Origin: Candidatus Kapaibacterium sp.
GTDB lineage: Bacteria > Bacteroidota > Ignavibacteria > Kapaibacteriales > UBA4661
Reading direction: 5' to 3'
Assembly: GCA_025455065.1 (NCBI GenBank)
Contig: JALONG010000011.1
Span: 27,738 to 91,737, forward strand
Length of the DNA: 64,000 nucleotides
A model generated the notes under the pieces. That model was not told where the DNA came from. It searched no databases and saw only the letters and a program-made list of their open reading frames with translations. Positions within the stretch are counted from its first letter, which is position 1; each line of letters opens with the position of its first letter. Shown here piece after piece: positions 58,102 through 64,000 of this stretch. Made by a program: the position numbers and the translations under genes.

Positions 58102-61100
58102 TTACCGCACCACTTGTAGTTGCTGCGTTTCACGCACGTCATCCCCCACGCGCAAGACCAGCGAATACGTCCCACTCGGCAGACCCGCAAGGTTATACGC
58201 CTGCGTATGCGCTCCGCCGGACTGCACCGCGCTCACGATACGCCGTACTTCCTGACCACGAATATCGTTTACGGTCAGCGTTACAAAGCCTGCTTCCGGC
58301 AGCATGTAGCGAATTTCAACAAGGTTTTGTGCGGGGTTGGGGGAAATAGCAAGGAGTTTTGCGCCGACAGCCGAAATAAGCCGCTTGCCGCCTGCTTGGG
58401 AAACACGTGTTTGGAAGCGCCCAGCGCGAAATTCCGTTATCTGTACCGATTCCACGTCCGTCTCCGCTCCCCAATCCAAAAAACATTCCAAGCGCGTCGT
58501 ATCAACGCTTCCTGCCACAACGACCGCATTCACACTGAGCAAGAGCGGATTTTGCCCCGACCAAAATGTCGTGGGAAGCGTAATAATCTGCTCATCCGGC
58601 TTTTGCGTCGAAGTTCTCACGCGGAAAATCGAAGACGATTGCGCCAATGCTAAGACCTGACGCGACATTCGGAGCGTTCCGCGAAAACTCTGTGTTCCGG
58701 TAAACCGAATTTTCGCCAAATCCCCTTCCGCGATAAACACTTCCAATCGCACCGCAGCTCCCGGAGGTGCTTCCGGCGGCACGGCACGAACACCCACGCG
58801 CATCACCGCATCACTCGGCAGACGGTCTCGCCCAAATGAACGTAACGGTCCTGTCGCTGTATCGAAAAGCATCGGTGTAGCACCTTCGCTTTGGACATTA
58901 CACAGCAAGGCATCTTCCGCAAGCATTCCCTTTGTCGCCGTCCGTGCTTCCAGCAAAATTGCAAGCGTATCGCCGGATGCAATAACGGCATTTTGTTCAT
59001 CGGAACGCAGTAAATAAGGCGTTTCCGAGGATTGCCCCGCAGGAAGCGGCTGCACAGCGCTTCTGAGGCGCAAACGGTTTACCCGTAACGGCTGCTGGCC
59101 AAGATTCACCACTAGCGCCGAAGACAAACGCGGCACATTCACCAAGAGCGTATCGAAGCGCGGTGGAATAATTTTCAGCGCCGAACCGCTTCCCCTCAGT
59201 CGCGCAGGGAAAATTTGCGTCTGCACGGCGCTTGTGTCCTCATTTGTCGTGTAGGTCAGCACGACATCGCCCCGAACCTCCGTCAAAACTTGTGGTATGA
59301 AGGCTGTCGCGAGCAAAAGCGGCGTGGCTTGATTTGGCTGAAGTGTTGTTTGCGGCGGTAAGCGAAGTACAAACGGTTGCACAGCCGACGGTTGCACGGA
59401 TGCAACACCGCCAACCCGCACTGATACTGAGCGCAACCGCAACATACGCTGCGAAATATTGCGTAATTCTAATGTCATTCCGGCAGAATCACGAAGCGGA
59501 ATTTTCCCAAAATTTGCCACCGCCAAAGCCATCACGGGACTCCCCGCAGAGGTCGTAAATCCGCCGCTTGCCGTGTCGCCGCTTCCAAGGGAATTACTCG
59601 CCCACACGCGCCAATGGATGCGCTGGAGCGTCGGCAGCGTAAAGCCTTGTTCGGTGGAAGTGAGAAATTGCGCTCTGCCGCTTGTCAGAAACTCATTTGT
59701 TTGAGCAATCGTGCGCCTAAAAAGCACCGTAGAAAAGGTTGCGGATTCAGAAAGTTCCACCGTATAAGCATTTGCCCCCGCGAGACTTGACCACACCAGC
59801 GCCGGAGTACGCGGCACTTCGTTTTCCTCGTTGAAAGGAGCAATAAGCGTGATGCGCCCCTGCGGAGCAAGCATCGGCAAAGCGCCGCGCACCCGCACCA
59901 CAAACACAGTTGCGGAAAGGTCGGGAAGCGTGGTGTTTGTTACCGTGCAGACATATTCGCCCGTGTCAGAAGCAGAAAATGCTGCTATCCGCAATGCCGC
60001 ATCCATGCTTGCGCGGAGGATTGTTACGCCGTTTCGTTGCCATGTATAGCGGTTGTTCATGCCTTCGGCGCTCACACGCAAAGCGACGGGAAAATCAAAG
60101 CGCACAGTCGTGTCCGGCAAGACCGTACGCGGCAGTTGCTGGTTTTGATAGGAAAATGTCGGCACAACAATAAGCGGCTCAAGGGAACCAAAAGTAAAGC
60201 GGTTGCTGTCCAAACGAAGCGTGTCCAAGCGTGGTAAACTCTGAAGCGGCAGAGCGTTGGTAAGTTCGTTCACGCTTAAATCCAGCACCAACAAACGCTG
60301 TAACTGCGCAAACGACGCAGGAATACTACCCGTCAGTTGGTTGTTATTGAGACGTAAATCCCGCAAATTGCGCATTGTTCCTAGCGCTTCGGGTATTGCG
60401 CCGCTTAGTGCGTTCTGTGACAAATTCAGCAGTTCCAGCGTCGCGGCAGCACTCAAGCCTGATGTAGCCTTTGCTGCCACCCCTTGGGCTTGCAGCAATC
60501 CCGTTCCCCACTGAGCAGGAATCGCCCCTGTGAAGCGGTTGCCGCTCAGATTCAGCGTTTTGAGGTTTTGTGTATTGGCAAAAGAAACGGGCAATGTGCC
60601 AGAAAGCTGATTATTGCTTGCGTCCAGCGTTGTCAGGCTTTGCTTATCAATCAAACACTGTGGTAATGTCCCCGTGAGAAGATTTTGCGCCACATTCAGC
60701 GTTTCGATATTTCTGAGAGCGCATAAAACCTGCAAATTCCCGCGCAAACGGTTATTAGCGACTTCCAATGTACGCAGATTCCCCGCACCACTGAACGCCG
60801 AAAGTTCTCCGGAAAGCTGGTTATTCCTCATATCCAAAGCGCGGAGCATCGTGAGCGGCGAGAACATTGCCGTATCAAGTTCCCCTTTCAGGTTATTTCC
60901 CGCCAAACGCAATTCGACAACGCGCCCGTTCTCGACGCGCACCCCGAAGCGCACGGCAATAGGAGCGCGGTTACGCCATGTTGCGTTGGTAGTCCATTCC
61001 GTGCCTCCTGTGGCATCGTAGAGCCGTTCCAATGCGATAGAATCTTGCGCTGCCGTTGGCGGAATGGGAACAATCGTTGAATCAAATTCAAACACTCTGG

Positions 61101-63999
61101 TCGTGGAAAGCGCTCCACCACTTGTTTCAACGGTGATGCGCCCCGTGCGCACATTGCCCGGCACAATCGTCATCGTGCTTGACGAAAGCAGCGAAAAACT
61201 CCGCACGGCAGCGCCCCCGATTTGTACGCTCACAATCCTTCCACGCGGCTCTGTGCCTAAGTTCTGACCTGTGAGCGTTATCATCGTTTCGCGCCCGCCT
61301 CTTTGGGGCGTAAAATCGGTGAGGCTAGGCAGATTCGCACCCGTGAGCGTCAGTGTTAATGCGGCATTGGTGGATACTTGATTAGGCGATACGCCGGAAA
61401 CCAGCGTAATCACGGCATTAGTGCTAAACATCCGCTCCGGCACTATTCCCGCAGGAACACGAAACATGACCGTTCCGCCCGCTTGAATGCTTGCTCCGGT
61501 TACTTCAATGCCGTTCAAGAACAATCGTGCATTTGCCGGAATATTCGCCCCAAAAACGCGCAGTTCCTCTCCTTCGCTGAGTGACATCGGAGAGAAGCCT
61601 GTCAGAATTGGTCCCGGCGGCGGAAGTACCGTAAAAATGAGCGCCGATGCAGCCGTTCCACCTCGTGTCGTAACGCGCACGGTTGCCTCAGAAGCCGCTT
61701 GAAATGTGGTATTTTGACCAAACGACGGAATGATTGTGCGGATGAGCGTTCCTTCGACATTCACGGAAAATGACGCGCTCACCCCGCCAATACTCACGTT
61801 TCGTATATCCTGAAAATTTGCACCACGAATTTCCACTACGCTGCCCGACTGCCCAATTTGCGGTGCAAGCGACGTAATCACGGGCGGTGGTATCGGGCGC
61901 AAAATCGTCGCGGACGTAGCTTCACCTGTGGGTGTGCGAACCGTGATAAAACCTTGCAGATTGGGCGGAATAATGAGCGTGATGCGTGTCGAGGAATTTA
62001 CCGTCGCAGCAATCGGCACACCGCCCACGAAGACGATTGTACCTTGCGCGGGAAAATTCGCTCCCGTCACAACGACAAATTCCCCCTGAAGCGGCTCCGG
62101 CGGCTGAAAACCATACACCACAGGCGGCAGGACGATTGCCACAGGCGTAAGCGTTGAAACCGTTCCACCGCTTGCGATGACCGTGAGAACACCACTCACC
62201 GGAACGGCAAAAGTGCATTGGATTTGCGTCATCGAAATTCGCGTAACGTTTGCCGCCGTTACTCCGCCGATGCGGACTTGCGGAAAGGGATGAAACTCCG
62301 TCCCAAAAATTGTCAAAACCTGATTGGGAGCGGCTGTTGGCGGACTGACCGACGTAATTGTTGGGGGATTGATAACGGTCAATTCCGCTTGCGATGAATC
62401 TTCGCCAACGAGATTCCGCACCGAAACACGTCCGCCCGAAAGCCCTGCGGGGACAATAACGGCAATAGCACTCGTCGAAAGCACCGAAAACGGCGTAATA
62501 GAGCGCCCTGCAATGCTCACACGATTAACTCCGATGTATTCCGCGCCCGAAATCCGCACCGTATCGCCCGGACGGGCTGCTTTCGGCGTAAAATCTTGCA
62601 CCGAAGGAATGCGGTAAAACGTAAAAGCGTTTGGAAGCGTACCTGTGCCGTTTGCGGTTTGGACGCTTACCGCACCTGTCGCACCTGCGCCAAGTGTGGC
62701 GGTTATTTGCGTAGGACTGTCCACCACAAAAGCAGCGACGGGCGTTCCGCCTACGCTCACGCGGGTTGCGCCCGTGAGCCGTGTTCCCGTAATGCGCACC
62801 GTTGCGCCTGTTGTACCGAAATTGGGCGAAATTGCCGCCACACCGGGCGCATTGCTGAAGGTGACGGGCATGGACGAAGCCACCACTCCGGCAGGCGTAA
62901 CAAGCGTAATCACGCCATTTGCGCCCGCGCCTGCAATAACTCTGATTTGTGTCGGAGAATCCACAATAAACTGCGACGGAACACCGCCCACACCAACGGC
63001 AGAAATGCCTGAGAAATTCGTCCCCACAACAACAATCGTGTCACCCGTATTGACCACATTCGGCGAAAAGGATGTAATTGACGCGCCTTGCAAGCCAAAA
63101 GCAAGATACAAAAGCGCCGGAGGCAGCATAATTGCCGTTCCCAAGCGCGGCGACCCCGTTGAAACACCGTTCAGCGAAGCGTAAGGACCGGTCTGCGTAG
63201 TGGATTGCGCCAAAAAGTAATCATTCATCACACCCGTCGCATCGGCAAGCGGCGTAAAACTGTTCACAGCGCCGCTCAAACGGTCAATACGCCAATTAAA
63301 CGGCAATCCATTGACAAGCGGTGCAGAAAACGACGTTGCTCCCGCAGCGTCGCCCGCGACCTGCACATCCGGCGCTGCACCCGTCAGAACATCGCGCAGC
63401 GTCAGCGGACGGTAGCTTATTCCCGCACCGACGGGGTAGAAATAGTGCGTTCCCGGAGTAGCAATACCAACATCCCATCTCCGCATCAAACGCCCGTCAA
63501 TATACGCATTTGTGCCGCCTCCGGCGATTGCGGCTACATTGGAATTGCTCACCGTGAGTGAATTTAAGGGCGTGGTAACGACGCGCCCACTTGTCAGCGT
63601 CAGCAAACCGCCGACATCAGGTGATGTTCCCATTGCCAGCGTCATTGCATTGCCAGCGCCGATGTTTACGGTGAAATTATTCAGCGTTTGTGCGCCGCCT
63701 TGCATAGCGAAATTCCCCGTGAAAACACCATTGAGTGACAAATTGGATGCCACAGAACCCTGAAAACGCCCTGTCCCGTTATTCGTTACAGCGCCCAAGG
63801 TTAGTGATTGCCCGTTCAATATTATCAAACCGCTATTGTCCAGCGTTGTTGTTCCCGCGACACTATGCGCCAAACCGCCCGTTCCGCAGTGCAGCGTACC
63901 ATCCACATACAGCGTACCGCCGATAGTTTTGCTGTTATTGAGCGTGATGGTCGTTCCGCCCCAAATGCTCACATTACCGCCCATTGTCTGCGGTAAAAA
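58102..63999 (-). CDS. Very large secreted protein (5'-truncated): IPT/TIG repeats, plant-type LRRs, Ig domain, T9SS type-A CTD
   Basis: Frame open to the window end; repeated P.IT.F.P..G..G..V.I.G.NF; LRR cap DSIALERLYDATGG..W; LxxNxLxGxIP repeats; C-terminal SPNPA...PSGTY. Confidence 0.88.
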   Translation of the reverse strand, partial: FLPQTMGGNVSIWGGTTITLNNSKTIGGTLYVDGTLHCGTGGLAHSVAGTTTLDNSGLIILNGQSLTLGAVTNNGTGRFQGSVASNLSLNGVFTGNFAMQGGAQTLNNFTVNIGAGNAMTLAMGTSPDVGGLLTLTSGRVVTTPLNSLTVSNSNVAAIAGGGTNAYIDGRLMRRWDVGIATPGTHYFYPVGAGISYRPLTLRDVLTGAAPDVQVAGDAAGATSFSAPLVNGLPFNWRIDRLSGAVNSFTPLADATGVMNDYFLAQSTTQTGPYASLNGVSTGSPRLGTAIMLPPALLYLAFGLQGASITSFSPNVVNTGDTIVVVGTNFSGISAVGVGGVPSQFIVDSPTQIRVIAGAGANGVITLVTPAGVVASSMPVTFSNAPGVAAISPNFGTTGATVRITGTRLTGATRVSVGGTPVAAFVVDSPTQITATLGAGATGAVSVQTANGTGTLPNAFTFYRIPSVQDFTPKAARPGDTVRISGAEYIGVNRVSIAGRSITPFSVLSTSAIAVIVPAGLSGGRVSVRNLVGEDSSQAELTVINPPTITSVSPPTAAPNQVLTIFGTEFHPFPQVRIGGVTAANVTRISMTQIQCTFAVPVSGVLTVIASGGTVSTLTPVAIVLPPVVYGFQPPEPLQGEFVVVTGANFPAQGTIVFVGGVPIAATVNSSTRITLIIPPNLQGFITVRTPTGEATSATILRPIPPPVITSLAPQIGQSGSVVEIRGANFQDIRNVSIGGVSASFSVNVEGTLIRTIIPSFGQNTTFQAASEATVRVTTRGGTAASALIFTVLPPPGPILTGFSPMSLSEGEELRVFGANIPANARLFLNGIEVTGASIQAGGTVMFRVPAGIVPERMFSTNAVITLVSGVSPNQVSTNAALTLTLTGANLPSLTDFTPQRGGRETMITLTGQNLGTEPRGRIVSVQIGGAAVRSFSLLSSSTMTIVPGNVRTGRITVETSGGALSTTRVFEFDSTIVPIPPTAAQDSIALERLYDATGGTEWTTNATWRNRAPIAVRFGVRVENGRVVELRLAGNNLKGELDTAMFSPLTMLRALDMRNNQLSGELSAFSGAGNLRTLEVANNRLRGNLQVLCALRNIETLNVAQNLLTGTLPQCLIDKQSLTTLDASNNQLSGTLPVSFANTQNLKTLNLSGNRFTGAIPAQWGTGLLQAQGVAAKATSGLSAAATLELLNLSQNALSGAIPEALGTMRNLRDLRLNNNQLTGSIPASFAQLQRLLVLDLSVNELTNALPLQSLPRLDTLRLDSNRFTFGSLEPLIVVPTFSYQNQQLPRTVLPDTTVRFDFPVALRVSAEGMNNRYTWQRNGVTILRASMDAALRIAAFSASDTGEYVCTVTNTTLPDLSATVFVVRVRGALPMLAPQGRITLIAPFNEENEVPRTPALVWSSLAGANAYTVELSESATFSTVLFRRTIAQTNEFLTSGRAQFLTSTEQGFTLPTLQRIHWRVWASNSLGSGDTASGGFTTSAGSPVMALAVANFGKIPLRDSAGMTLELRNISQRMLRLRSVSVRVGGVASVQPSAVQPFVLRLPPQTTLQPNQATPLLLATAFIPQVLTEVRGDVVLTYTTNEDTSAVQTQIFPARLRGSGSALKIIPPRFDTLLVNVPRLSSALVVNLGQQPLRVNRLRLRSAVQPLPAGQSSETPYLLRSDEQNAVIASGDTLAILLEARTATKGMLAEDALLCNVQSEGATPMLFDTATGPLRSFGRDRLPSDAVMRVGVRAVPPEAPPGAAVRLEVFIAEGDLAKIRFTGTQSFRGTLRMSRQVLALAQSSSIFRVRTSTQKPDEQIITLPTTFWSGQNPLLLSVNAVVVAGSVDTTRLECFLDWGAETDVESVQITEFRAGRFQTRVSQAGGKRLISAVGAKLLAISPNPAQNLVEIRYMLPEAGFVTLTVNDIRGQEVRRIVSAVQSGGAHTQAYNLAGLPSGTYSLVLRVGDDVRETQQLQVVR

Positions 64000-64000
64000 A

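Overview
64 kb of a bacterial chromosome from the FCB group, probably a Kapabacteria/Ignavibacteria-like Bacteroidota relative. This is an inference from TAnnTTTG-type promoters, few Shine-Dalgarno sites, T9SS C-terminal-domain cargo proteins and a Bacteroidota-type bS22. Most genes are housekeeping or envelope genes: HU, bS22, YqeY, MutS2, fused 2-oxoacid dehydrogenase E1, ThrA, epimerase and glycosyltransferase, RuvX, TPR/DUF4292/LptD, SixA, MsrC, biotin carboxylase, a lipid A acyltransferase, an M16 protease and tRNA-Pro(CGG). There are also signalling genes (TPR-adenylate cyclase, PAS/GAF kinase, MCP) and large secreted Ig/LRR proteins. Accessory content is a small TA/nuclease cluster (1.6-5 kb), single PD-(D/E)xK-type genes and three families of short repeats. 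The most striking structure is a GxxExxY gene enclosed by 49-bp inverted repeats built of ~9-nt units. It lies exactly between two operon genes, and its removal would restore an ATGA stop/start overlap. A degenerate 'empty' relative lies at ~44.5 kb. GTAG-type REP doublets and STRR-like heptamer arrays also occur, one array being translated in-frame within mutS2. No CRISPR array, rRNA, integrase or transposase was seen. All family assignments come from motif recognition, not database searches.
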